From contig JBLDXI010000023.1 of the NCBI GenBank assembly GCA_047495785.1, positions 620,001-684,000 on the forward strand: DNA of 64,000 bases. Direction: 5' to 3'. The position numbers and the translations under genes were made by a program. The number at the start of each line of letters is the position of its first letter. Positions within the stretch are counted from its first letter, which is position 1. Origin of the DNA: Lepidodermella squamata (Eukaryota; Animalia; Gastrotricha). Below the pieces are notes generated by a model, which was not told where the DNA came from, ran no database searches, and was given only the letters and a program-made list of their open reading frames with translations. This document shows, one piece after another, positions 35,109-63,306 of the stretch.

Positions 35109-38100
35109 ATGTTCAGCAATAACCTAGCCTCGCTTTTTCAAAACGCGGGCGTCTCGTTCAACCCGGCTGATTTCACCGCTCTCATGGCCGCTTGCAACCC
35201 GACGCAAGCAGCGACGCAAGCCGCTGCGCCTCCTCAGCAATCGGCTATGGCCGCTGTTTCGTTCAACAACTGCCTACCACCCGCTTTGGCTTTCGCCGGG
35301 ACACCCTCAGCCGCGCTTATGGCTGCGACTTCTGGCGGTAGCGGGAAACCCAGTTCGAATTCTGGCTCGACCAGGCGGCACACAATCGACGCGATTCTGG
35401 GCATTCGCGACGATAACAACGAGCCGGCTGCTCAGAAGTCAGACAATTCTTCGGCTTCGAACCCGGCTAAGCGACGGTGTTTAAACGGTGCCGGAAATTC
35501 AACCAAGCAGAACCGTGACAATGGTAATTTTTTATTTCTTCTGTAGAATTTTATAAAATTATTTCTCAGGAATTTTTGAGCATTCAAATGAAATTTTTCT
35601 ATTTCAAAATTGATATTTCTCACATTATTTTTGCCAAAATTTATTTTTCTCTATTTTTATCCGATTTTTGGACTTGTGCCGTCTTATTATTCATTCGTAG
35701 ATAATTTTTTGCTAATTTTTCTCTTTTTGACAAGATTCGCCTCACCTGATAAGAAAAAGTGCACGTGTGAGCGGCAAATTTGAGGCAATTAAATTATATC
35801 TTCATTAGGCATTACATCTTTGATGACGCTCGCGTCCGCGTAATTAAAAGATTTTCGTAATTATTTTTTGCATTTTTACTCTCGCGCTCGCTTCTAACGT
35901 TATTATTATTATCACCGCGACTTTTTTCACCTTTTGTATATGCTATTTTATATACATATAAGCAAGCCGAGCGTGGCTGCGATTTTAATTAGTGGTTGCG
36001 CGAGCGGTTTATTTAAAATTCTTTATCTCGAAATTTTTCGCTTAAGAAAGGCTTTGATATAATAATCGCGCTTGATTGCTATTTATTACCTGTTTAATTT
36101 ACACAACATCATGAATACGTGCGATAAGAAATTAAGATATTATTATTATTAAAGGGAGCTAATTTACCCCTTGTTTTTTTCGTGTTTGTTGTAAATTTTA
36201 TCAGACAAAAAAAACTTCACACCTTGAAAAAAATTCCCACTGAGTCAAAATATTTTAAGGATAAAAAATTGATGAAAATAAAATTATCATATTTTTTCTA
36301 TAGATTTTGCTGATGAGTACGGCTCAGGAGCTTCGAGCGGCTCGCCAGCCCCGAATGACGACGAGGAAGATATCGATATAGCCGGCGATGGCGATGATGA
36401 CGATGCGAGATCGCGGTCGACTATCTCGCCGAATGGCAGCCGTCGGCATCATCATGGCTCTGGCTCGCCATCAGCCTACAGCGGTTCGAATTCGAAGAAG
36501 CACAGGCGAAACCGCACGACTTTCACTACGTTTCAACTTCACGAGTTGGAACGAGCCTTCGAACGCAGCCACTACCCGGACGTTTACAGCCGTGAGGATC
36601 TGGCACAGAAGATCAACCTGCCAGAAGTTCGCGTTCAGGTGAGAATCAAATTTCGATCAAATATCGATGTAAAAATAGGAATTTAAATCAAAATCGGATC
36701 AAATTTATATTAAATATTTAGGCCGGAATCAAATTCACGATCAGATCCACCTTTGATCTCTCTGTCTGATTTTTGCACTCGCGATGAGACAATTTTTTTG
36801 ATCCGATTCAGGCCCTGGATTATTTATCCTGTTTTCCCCCGAAATTGTCTATAATTAATTAAATTTGTTGTTATTCGTCAAATTCGATGTTAAATTTGGC
36901 GCGTTTAATCGAGCGTAAAATTTCCAGCGTTTTATATAGGGACATTATGTTTATTTGGCAAATAGCGGCTGAATAGCCGTTGGATAATTGTTATTAAAAG
37001 CAATCAATCAATCAATTTGTTACAACGTCGTTTATATTATTATTTTAAGGCCAAGTCAACGCGTGTAACAAAATTAGCCTTCGCGAGCGCGCGCGTCTAA
37101 TATAATGATGCGATAATCAGTTTTATTGCCGTGCCATGTGTCGCGCGCGTGTGCGGTCACATATATCTAAGGCAATTTCCGCATAAGTCGCTTCATTAGG
37201 CAAGGCGCCTGAACACATCATTTAAGTAACATTTTTCGTATCAATTGATTGATTGATTATTATTACCTTATGCTCGTCTCTATTGCGCGTTTAAACACGG
37301 CTGATTGGCGGGGCAAATTTCGTTTCTTACACAGCCAGGCCAGCTCTATTAAACTAATAATGAAATAAATTATATTATACCACAGAAAATTGGCCGATAA
37401 AGCACGCAATAATACGAAAATTTGTTCTGCCAAGCGAAAAAATTAAGAGAGCTGGAAAATTTTAGGGACAAAGGGTATTCGAGAATTCTTTTCAAGTTTG
37501 ATCAAAATTTGATCAAAATTCGATCGAAAAATAATCGAAAATTGATCAAAAAATTGATCATTTAAAAGTTGATCAGAAATTGATTAAAAAATTGATTCAA
37601 ATAACTGTAAAATTGATTTTTTTTATTTATTTTTAGGTTTGGTTTCAAAACCGCCGTGCGAAATGGCGCCGTCAGGAGAAGCTCGAAGTAATGCAAGCCC
37701 AGCAGCAGCGTGTCCTAGCGCAAGAGCACCAACAGTTGCTACAGCACCACAACCAAGCCGCCCAGCACCAACAAACCTTAGCCGCCGCGTTGCTGTCATC
37801 CGCAGCCGCCGGAATCATCCCCGGCATGCTGGTAACCGGAGGCCCGGGCAACAACTTCAGCCAGCAGCTGAACTCAGCCAACGGCGGTGCCACGCTCACC
37901 AGCCCGCCCGCCTCGCCGAACATGGGCCTCGAGAGCCTGGCCGGGTTCGGCGCCGACTTCTGGGCCAGCCTCGCCGGGTCGAAGCCGGCCGGCGGGCAGC
38001 AGAAATGCGCGCCCACCCTCGCGCAACTCGCCTCGCTGTACTCGAAGGCGCTCAACCACCCAGCAGCAACAACGGCTGCAGTGGTCGATGGCGTGGAGGT

Positions 38101-38269
38101 TAAGCCAAGCGGAACGATGATGACCCCGCCGAACGGCAACAGCCCAAGCGTGTCCGCCAGCTCGAAGGCTGAGGAGTCGAGCCCGAACACGAGTTGCAAC
38201 TCGAACGACGACGGCCATTTCGGCGACCTGCAATTGCAACAGCGCCAGTCAACCGTGACCGGCAATTGA
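35109..38269 (+). CDS. rx: Retinal homeobox protein Rx; exons 35109-35523, 36304-36638, 37637-38269
   Basis: Octapeptide HTIDAILG; homeodomain [46 protein letters not shown]|[14 protein letters not shown] with the PRD-class intron position. Confidence 0.95.
37495..37620 (+). repeat. Degenerate AAAATTGATC minisatellite before the Rx exon 3 acceptor
   Basis: About ten imperfect 10-13-bp units. Confidence 0.7.
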
Positions 38270-40695
38270 TTGATCGAAGCGTGACGTGAAGATGAAATCG
38301 CTGTGATTTTGATGTAATTTTATGAAGACGCAAAACGACCCTCATTACATTTGTTTCGACATTTTATATTACTATAACAATCATTTTGTTTGTAAAATCA
38401 CTTTTCATCGAGTTGTGTAACATTTTCTTCTTCTTCTTCAGCCATCTATACAAAGAATACTTTTCTCTACCTATAATTATTTATCATCTCTGCGCGTGTA
38501 TAAATTTCCTCTGTTCTCAACTATTATATCTAATAATAGCGAATTGTTTCTCATTATTTATTAATTATTGATATAAATATATAAAAATGTCGCTCCATTT
38601 TTCTGTTACATTAATAATTAAATTCCTGAAAATTCGACAAATCAATTCCATGTTGATAATTTTAATGCTGTTGTTATTAATTTACTATACAAAAAATCGG
38701 TCGTAGAAAAATTTGATTTTAAATTTTTGCCGTCGTTCAAAAATAAAATTACAAAGTATTATGACGAACTGCCTTCAGTTTTCGTATAATTTGGTATAAT
38801 TTATCGGGAGCCCGAGAACTGAGAATGACGCGGAAAACAAGACTCATAACTGGCAATTTTTCTGTAAAAATATTCGGCAAAGCTGAAATGAAGCTAGGAT
38901 TTTAGGGAAAACAGCCGAATAAGGACGGATTAGAATACACAACCTGTCACCATACCAAAGCTGTTGAAAATTGGGATTGTACCGGAATGTTTCATTAGTT
39001 TCATAGTTAAGGCGGGTTGAGGCGGCAATTGCTAGATAACTGTTTGCGAATCATCACTTAGACATTCCGAAGTAAAGGTTCAGGAAATCTAGGATTTAGC
39101 ATGGGATTTAGGGTTCCAGCACTGAATCTAGGGCCCGAGCTTGTGATTTCCCTAAGCATGATTTTAAAAGTTTGAGTTTTACTTCGAATCTTCATTTCTT
39201 GGGATAATGGAATTAGCGCAACGGGCATTGCGCACACCGCAAAACGATGATGATTGCGCACAGCGATTCTCGAGGTGGGTTTGCGCAAATAAGCATTAAA
39301 TACTCAGCCGGACGCGTGTGCCAACAGTTACCTCTGCAAATGTTAGTCGAACGCGTGCGCAAATGATACGCAAATAAGCAACATATGGAAGTGCGCGCGG
39401 TGGGCAGCAATATAAATTACACCCTCTTAGCTACCCGTGTTTTTTATGTGTTGTACGCTCATCGTGCGCGTACGACAGACACATCGCTGAAATACAAAAT
39501 ACAACACGAAAATCGGCTTTCTTTGATATTCGTAACCGGGCGCGCACGAATACCGCGGGAATACCTTGCCGTTAGTTCTAACCAGTAGGATTTCAGTAAT
39601 ACGCTATACAGTACTGTAGAGCCGATATCGATTTCACTTATTGATTTCCCAAATCAGTGATTTTTACAATATCGGAGGCCGACAATGTCTACATTCCCTT
39701 GAGTACCAGATAGCTGAAAAGAGGTTGAACACCTATTTGGTTGAGATGAAAAATCCAAAAACGCAAGTTTTGTTTCAGAGCTTTTGAATTTTCCAACAAA
39801 GAAACTTCGTGATTTTCTTCGATTCCTTTCCGGGTACTTTCCATCGATCATTTTTACGATATACTCTCCATTTTTCCAGTTTCAGGCCTTCAGTACCCTG
39901 ATAAAACAGAAACAGCAAACAGAATTCAACACCGCGTGATACAAATTTCATTTTATTCAGTTTCAAAAGTCATCTCACATTTGTGTGTATTTTCAATTTC
40001 AAAGATCCGGTATCACCAAAAAAGTATAATTATTATTGATATTATCATTATTATTACTGATATTCATCGAGAAATTACGAATAAGAAGGAGAAGAATTCG
40101 AAGCATTCGACAGCAGTTGCCATCCAGTTCAGAATACTCGCAAAAAAATCATTTCATTTTATAACAAACCAATTCATTTTCAGTTGAACTGAACAATTTC
40201 AAATTATTATTTCAGGCTTGGATGCAAAGAAATTATGCGTGCGGTAGTAATAGTAATAATAATCGAATTTTTGTCACCACCATGCGAGAAGAGAAAAAAA
40301 CTGAAATATAACCAGGAGGGTGCAACCGGCGATTAATCGAAATCATTTTTTCCGGTGTGATGAGAAAGAGACAGACAAATCGGGAATATGGAGCTGAAAC
40401 TTTTTTACTGTATATTATTATTATTATGAAAAAACGACGTGAAATTTCTGTCAACGACCAAAAACAAAAATAACGCAACAACAAGAGACGACGATCCGCG
40501 ACTCGAAAAAAATTAGCTACAAAAGCCGCGAAAAATTGACGATGATTTTACACAAATTGTGAACGTGGCGCGCGAGTAAAAGCAGTTGAAATTTATTCAA
40601 AAAAAAATGTTGAAATTTTTTTGTCAGATTTTTTGGTCGTGTTGTTTATCATGAAACAATTTAACACCAGATCTCATTTTTTATACACAATTTTT

Positions 40696-55374
<14,679 letters not shown>

Positions 55375-56427
55375 AACACGAGGGCGATAATAATATTTAC
55401 ACCACCGTTCTTACATATACGGTATACAACAACCTACGCATGAGAAAAATGTTCTTTATCTTGGCAAGAAATAAACAGGTTATCAAATATGAGACATGCT
55501 TGACACTGGGCTGGAATTTGAATACAGAAGAACTGCTGCATTGGCGTTTACAACGGGTTTAAAATCAAAGAGACAGGTCAATCCTAAATCCTGTTAGTGC
55601 TGACAATTGACAAATGCTAACCGTCGAGCTGCAGCTTCACTGATCACAAACCCCAAACAGCCACAATGCTGAGTCTAGCAAAAATCCGAACAAAACCACA
55701 TGCGTTTTTTCGATACCCAATTAAGCTAAGAATATTCGTGTTAGGGACAAAGAACTGTAGCGCAAAACGTGGTCAGCGTTGGAAGTAAGGTCCAGGATCA
55801 CCAGACTCCCGCCTCTCGGTGCCAAAAAACAAGCAACCAAAAAGTCATCAAAAACCTGTAACATTAATTATTTCAAATAAAACAAAATAATAATTATTCA
55901 AAAATTTCGCTGTCAATTAAATAATAAAAACTATTTTCCAAAACACATTGAATAATTATAATATTATTTTGCCGCAGTCAATCAGATATTTTTTCAGTGT
56001 CGAACGTCATAAGAGCCGATGCGAGTCGTGTGATCAAGTGCTTAGCGCTGCGACAGCTTTCCTTCATCTGCCCGCCTTGAATGGATCGAAGGCAATTAAT
56101 CGAAATATATTTTTCTTCTGCGAATTAGCGCTATTCAATTTGGCATAGATTCCAGAGTTTGTCCCAAACCCTCCAGTTTTGCGCGGAAATTTTCAGGACC
56201 GAACATTTTGTCAAAAATGTAGCAGCTGGGCAGCAAATCCTCAAGTTTTAGCAATCATCTGTTTATCCTGCATCTGCATCTGTAAAATAATACAAGGATA
56301 ACGATGAAGGAATTCATTTCCGCCATATTATTCGTAATCCGTTTTTATTCTTCATTTGTGGCTGCAATAAGATAAGTCCGGGAATAATAAGATGAAATAA
56401 ACAAATCATGGCTACCAACATGATGCT

Positions 56428-59173
56428 CTATTTGCGTGTCACCGATTCTCTCGAAGGAGGTAAAATGCTGAACATGTAGAAAGGCACGAAAATTGATGAA
56501 ATGAGGGCTATTGCAAACACAATGTTATCCGCGTATACCGACAGCATTTGAATGCGGGTAGCTTTCCGTCTACGCCTGGTATCAGGTATCTCGCGGTGAA
56601 CAGATTGATTCAGACTGTGATAGCTTAGGTCACTGACGTGTTCTTGATTTCCATAGGCTCCACAAGTACAATGTCGTCGAGATGATCCTGCTCGGAGCGA
56701 GGAAGACGTAGCAAACAGCGGACCACCTCCATTAGGCATTCTCAGACTGCCGCCATTCGGGATATACTTTGTTGTCTTCAAATTGGGATCATTAGAATTT
56801 CCATCCAAACTGTCGCGGTCAAATATGTCGTTCTCGTTGACTGAAGTTCCGACACTTATGAGATTGCCTCTCACGACGAGATCTGCGCACATTTCCTCGC
56901 GGTTACTGGACGACCTGCGCGAAGATTTCATACCACCAAAAGTTCGCGAAACAGATCGCCTTATGCTGCGCATCATTGAGCTCTGAAGAAATTCCTTCGT
57001 TTGCGCAGCAGTTTTGAAAAAGTAAACGCCTATGGGGTTCGCGAAATTAATCGATTAGTGTACTTTAAGGTACTTTCATACTCACTCAGAATAGCGTTAG
57101 TAACCGTCACGACACTAACACCGGTTAAGAAGTCGATATAAAGACCTAAAAAATAATCCCCTGTAATAAATTTGATGATTTTGACAAAAATAACTCACAT
57201 AGAAGTGGGACGGAAGTTGACGTTCGAGGCAACTCGGCGACAGCTACAGATTGAAACACAACGAAAGAAAGTAGAACTGTCGTCGACTGAGATATCCTCT
57301 CTTCGCTGCCAATAGGCAACAAGAATGTCAGGACTTGAAGAGCCGAGAGCCTAAAAAAATCGAAAATAAACCTAGTCCCCAAGTAATCACTTAGCAAGTT
57401 ACATTCCACAAGGACACAAGACGTTCATTTGATAGTAAAGTGTTTTGCGGCCCAGTGTTAGGGCGATTTCAACCCTGGCGAAGGAAGTTGATTCCGTAAC
57501 GTAATTCAGCTTAGGAATAGCGATGGCCTTAAGTAGGTCCCATTGCCCGTTCTCTGTAAATGTCTTGAGGGAAACGGCTCGCTTGTCATAACGCATTGTT
57601 AGATTCAAATATTCCTTCGGGTACATGGCACTCTCGAAAATGATTGGACACTCTTGCTGTTTAAGAAATCAAATCTCCAATGGATAATTACTGAATTAGA
57701 TGTCAATAGCTTACAATATCGAAAGGGAAAAATGAAAGATCGAGTTGGCAGCGAGTTAGGGTTGTCCCAGTCGGGTACCACCAAACACACCCGTCGGCAT
57801 GTAATTTGAAATCGAATCGACGGTCACGCGTCAACGTGTAGACATCGTCGAGAGCATTGATGATCTGAATATCAGGAATCCACAGTCTAGAGATGGGAAA
57901 AAGATAGGGACAGGAGGATAGGGAAAATATTCTATCGCACCTATCACCAGGGATGATAACGGAGTCGACGCCTCCGAAGTGATCCGGTTCCCAAGACAGC
58001 ATATTGTCGCACCAGTTCTGCAGGAAATACAAAAATCAATTACAGCTATTTTTATATTAAGAAATGAGGGTAAGAAATGATTACACATCAGACATATTCT
58101 ATTAGGACATAAAAAATGATTTCTTTTGGCAAATATTCACTAAAAAATTCGTAAAATTGGTCCATAGAAACATAGAATTTCCCTGCTCTGTTGCTGAGAT
58201 TTTTCTATTGTAAATTGGCTGCGATTGATCCCTGAAGACCAAAAGATGACCCGATCTGGCGGAAAATGGGGCAACAAATCGAGGTGATATAATCCAAGAT
58301 TTATCGATCTTCCGAGAAGAAAGATCAAAAATTAATCCCCAGCTCTTAAAAATAGATTTTGGCAAAGGGCCAAGCGAGTCATCAATTTCGGAAGAAACCT
58401 ATCTACAAAGTCCATTGCGGCAAAAATGAAGCCATTGAACTAAGTTGAGGGTGAGCCATTTTTATATAGAAAACTAACCAGCTGGATTCGCATTGTTGTC
58501 TCGAGCGCTTCGGTTTTGACATCCGTTCGTTCCCACTGAAAAGTTCAAAAAAGCAAAATGAGTTTCACGAATTCGCAATTGGGTTCATCCCACCAGATTG
58601 GAAACCCTAATCAAAGTTTATAGGCAAGGTTGATTATTTCGGAACAAACAGGCTAATATTTTGAAATATCGAAAATAAGCTTACGAGATTCTGAATTTTG
58701 ATGATTGAGACGCGCAGTCGCACCTCGAGCGTCTCGTTGTTGTCGGTGAGCGGGCGGGTGTAGTATGTGTAGCCAGCCTGCAGCAAATGCTGCATCACCT
58801 GCAACTCGCGCCGCCGGTCATCTTCAATGCGAGAATGAGAAGAAAGCGTAAATGAAGGCGAAGATTGCGGGAAACGCCCGTGAGGCTTCCTATAACCTCC
58901 AGCAGATGGCGCCTTGAATGGAGAGCCCTGGTACGGCTCATCCGTACTAGCGCCAGCTGCGAAAATTTTCTCAAACTCAGGCAGAGAATCGTTAGGAAAC
59001 AAGCTATCGTTGCTTATGCTAAACCGCTCGACGACCTCTACGAGAGTCAAGTCGTCGCGGTTGTCTGTGTTAAAATCTGAAAAGGTGGAATTAATCAATT
59101 TTTTCAAACCGATATGCTGATCAGCCGCCAGACATCCGTGCACGCAGATGAGAAATATTAGCCAGCGTGACAT
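56428..59173 (-). CDS. nAChR-like non-alpha Cys-loop subunit; exons 59173-58685, 58535-58479, 58017-57941, 57886-57715, 57656-57403, 57350-57199, 57145-57086, 57029-56428
   Basis: Signal peptide, LWIPDI, CQLDLSFFPFDIQEC, ENGQW, EERIS cation-type M2 entry, LPRTSTSVPL; no vicinal Cys in loop C. Confidence 0.9.
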
Positions 59174-60356
59174 GGTGACTTAAAAGGCCAGCACTGCTGC
59201 GATAAGGTCCTCCCTCGGCTTGCCTCGCGAATCGATCAGGCGTGACGTATGTTATATATATGTGCTATATATAATTCGTGTCTTAATACAAAAATGTCTC
59301 ATCCTGATTTAATTTTCTCAAAATCAAAGAGCTCTTACACTGCAAAGTTGGCCCCAGCGTAAAATCCGCGATCTGCAAAAATTAATAACGAATATTATAG
59401 AAAAAGTAATAGGCCCTCTGCTACGAAAGTTTACCGAATTTTTTTTCTGCTTGATCGGCTAAAATGGTAAGATATTTTTATTAAAAAAATTGAGACGTTC
59501 TGGCATGGGAAATGCAATAATGAATAAGTATTAAAGCGGCGCCTCTATTTCGAACGACTAACAAATAAGTCGACGATTTTTCTAGGAGGAAACCGGGTCG
59601 CTTTAAATGCGATTACGGGATTTATCCAGACGTACAAAAGACTTCGAGCTAGTAATAAAGTTGCCGAGATCGAGAGCGTAACGGATTAAATTTTGCACGC
59701 TATAGCCAGCGCCCGAGTTCATAAATAGGCTATACAGATCTATTTCTGGGGGCTGACGGGAAAAAAACCGATAAAATGTCTTCCCTTCTACCTAGAATTT
59801 TCTCTGCGCTAGGAGAAAGGCTTAAAATCATGAATGAGGCTGATTGATGACTTTTCGCGTATCAATTTATGCGAAAGTATAGCATCAGATCATGTTACAC
59901 CACTTCCCTAAGTCCCCCAAGTGCAATGAATCGGCTCGCGCGCATTTATATTAGCATCACATGATTAGAGTGGACGGAAATTTAATTATAAACCCTGATC
60001 TAGTCTGAACTGGTCTGGAGACAAGAGCGTCTTCGTGATTCGTAAAATGCGTTACTCTACCAACTTTGCCAACGCTTTTTTCCTAGCGTAATTTCTTCGG
60101 AATTTATTCCCCAAAAGACCCGCTATAGTTGAGTCTAATGATATTCGATGGCTGACAGGTTTCATCGAGAATTAGTAGGAATAGGGCGGAAAATAAGGTG
60201 AATGAAATTTCGAAAATTCATAATCATCATTTGATCCAATAAATTAATTCTTTAATTTAAAAAATTAGCAAGACATACACATCATCGAGTGTTTCGAAAA
60301 TAAATCATGAACATTAATGATTATGAAAAAAATAAAAAAAAAAATAAAAAAACATG

Positions 60357-60430
60357 TGGCCACTGGGAGGATCGAACTCACGACCTTCGCGTTATTAGCA
60401 CGACGCTCTAACCAACTGAGCTAAGCGGCC
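60357..60430 (-). tRNA. tRNA-Ile(AAT)
   Basis: Reverse complement GGCCGCTTAGCTCAGTTGGTTAGAGCGTCGTGCTAATAACGCGAAGGTCGTGAGTTCGATCCTCCCAGTGGCCA; T-run terminator; one T-stem mismatch. Confidence 0.9.
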
Positions 60431-61505
60431 ATACACGGAATTCGCATGCATTCCGCCTTTTATCGTTTTTGCATTATGCACACATCAATACACGATGCGG
60501 CGCAGTAGTAGCTTTCAGTACGCCATGATGATTCATGCGCGCGCACATGCTTTTATATGCCGGTGCTGTGTTTCATATGCGCAATGCAGTGGTTTTGCAT
60601 TTAGCCTTAAAGTCACGATGTTTTGATGCAATTGATAGGCTAACAAATTTCTAGACTGAAGCTCAAATTACAAGCTCAGTGAACGAATTTGAGTGGAAGA
60701 ACTGTCTTCATCAAGTCTAACCCCTAATTCTGTGGCGCCGAATTTGACTACAGCGAGCGGAATTAGTCACAAGTCTCTTGAATCTTGAACTGAACGCGAG
60801 TGGAGTCTATAGTGCTAGAAGTGGCGCAAAAAACATCTTGATCTTGTTCCTACTAACTCGGGCATCATACCGCTGGGCAAAAAGACTAATAAAAGCCAAA
60901 ATTAATAAAGCTATCAGCTCCCCGTGGCTATCATTTTTCATCAACATAGCGTAACAATTCTAGAACTGTTAGGTAATTGTCCGAAATTTGTAAAAATGCT
61001 GTTAGCGTGGTAAAAAAAACGCAGGTTCAAGGCGTGCTATTGGAGAAGAGCGGTTTTCGAAAGGAATCAAGTCAGAACGAAACTGACATTGGTCAGTCGC
61101 CAAGTTTGTATACAAGAGCCATCGTCACAACTGCGGCATAATCGATCGCTATCATTTCGCTTGTAGTTTTCTTGGATGCCTATAGTGAACACTCGTCAAC
61201 TCTTTATTATACCCGCGGGAAAGAAAAAATGCGCCGTCTATGGGAATGGGAATAGGCTAGACCACGCCAAATTCCCTTAGCCATTTAGCCGGGGTAGATT
61301 AGATCAGTAATATTTCGCGCTCTCACGTAAGGACAAGGGAATTTTCGAAAAATAATTGAATTTTTATGACTAGGCTGCCTCCTTAATAACAATGTCAGAA
61401 TGAGAGAGACATCGTAAATACTTTCATGGGTGTTCACAACGCGTAAACTATAGTGGTGTCCATAAAGCGGTCCTGAAAGCTAACTGAAACACCTAAGTCT
61501 CTAAT

Positions 61506-62883
61506 TTATAACAGCATTTTATTCAAGTAAAACATGAAGCCAATGGATACAATCAGCGCCGAAGTCACGCCCATTGCGATATCGGCTAGTCTAACAAAAC
61601 GGATTTCGACGCATTTCAACTTGATCAGTTTAGCAGCAATTTTAGACGATGCGAATGAGGAGACTATCAAAGAGTAAATTGTGATAATCACGCAAATTAC
61701 GAGTTTGACGACTACAATTTGAACAAGATACACTTCCTCGGACGTTTTCGGAATGTTCGCAAAAACGATGGTTAAAAGCACTGCCAGGGCTAATAGGACT
61801 GTCATGCCGAATGTTGGCCGATCCGGGGCGGTTGGCTCGATGAAAAGGCCAAAAACCTGAAGGATAAACAACGCGATAACCGGCAGGAATATATTTGCCA
61901 CAAAATAGTTGTATTTTCGCTTTAAGTAAAAGTGAAGCTTAACATTGCTCTGGCGAAACCCGCCTGCACGTTGCACTATGGCTAAGGTGTAGATTAGAGG
62001 CGCTGCTATTTCCCAGATGTCAGTATCTCCTAAAAGCTCCGATGTTGGGTCGATTGAAAAGTCGGCATTACCAAAAACCACCACCCCGGCATCAACAGCT
62101 TGCTCGAACTCAGCGTAGCAGTGAAGAGTGTCAATAGAAATCGAGCGAATCGAAAATTGTCGCAGCTCGATGTTAGGGAAGAATAAGTCCAATAGCATGC
62201 AGATTTGGAAAATGGCAGAAAACCTAAACATTCACGATTAATGAATGGTCAATTTGGGTTTAATTCTGCGAAAAGTAATTTTTATGAATACTCTGCGTAT
62301 TTTCACACTTTAGGCTTTTTCGCATTTCGGGGGTGTGTAAGCAATGCTATCTATAGATGAGCCTAACTTACCTAAAAAGTACTTGACTGCACTGTCGAAT
62401 GGAAATGGATCTTTTAGAGCGTTTATGTGAGTTACGGTTGGCCACCAAACAGAGGAGCGATTTTTCAAGAAAAACAGCGCGTATTCAAAGTCGGGCGTGG
62501 ACTTATCAAGGAGATCTGCAGCAGTAAAATCGGAACACGGCAAAGCCCACTGCAACACGGCATCAGTGAAAACCGTCAATCTAAAAGGGAAGAAGTGAAA
62601 AACAAGTCGAGAAAGGTCGGGGAATCAGCTTAAGTTTGCCTCACGTTTGGCCTATGTCGTCAACATCGGAAATTCTGTGTACAGCAACTTGAAGGTCTAT
62701 TACCATGGGTGTGAAATTTGTTTGAAGTGAATGTTCCATTGCCACGTCGGCATCATAAGCCAACGGGCACAACTCGGCGAATTTGTCCTCCAACGCTTTC
62801 CTTTTGCTGACAAAGGGTGACGATACAACGGCTGCCACTGAACCAGTTGCCACGAATGTAATAATTACAATCAAGCCGAGCAT
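61506..62883 (-). pseudogene. Divergent Cys-loop channel paralog with a 1-bp frameshift in the Cys loop; exons 62883-62645, 62580-62372, 62223-61506
   Basis: ttt ct att gac vs ttt cct ttc gac in the neighbouring paralog near 62136; otherwise intact, so it may be an assembly error. Confidence 0.7.
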
Positions 62884-63306
62884 TTCCACCTCGATTTTTA
62901 CCCACGATCAGTGCGCATAAGTAAGATTTTTTAAACCGGTCGATAATTGCATTATTTATTAAGTATGCCCCTGCCGCGAGCTCTTTGCAAGAGATTCGTG
63001 GAAAAATCTTAGAATGGATTGCAATGTTTTCTTTCACCATGTTCTCTCCACGATCCTTGCATACAGGCCAACACTGAAGCTCATCCGATTTGCATCTGAT
63101 CCGGGCTAGTAATTAGCAGCATGAATGGAGCTTGTCCTGTTGCTGTTAAAATCAATCTAAGCGGTTGCTCAAGTCCACTCTGTATGTTGCAGCCGGCTTT
63201 ATCTTTACATTTTATGAAAATTAAGTAGATTTTATTTTTGAACTGGGAGTTCAGTAATTTCGAGTACGTCGACACACCCGTGATTTACCGCGCTAAAAAG
63301 GTTAAT

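Noticed and set aside
37672-38265. Long antisense ORFs over Rx exon 3, and similar ones over KAT6 exons at 42-43 kb and 46 kb
   Set aside because: Shadow frames of GC-rich, low-complexity coding sequence
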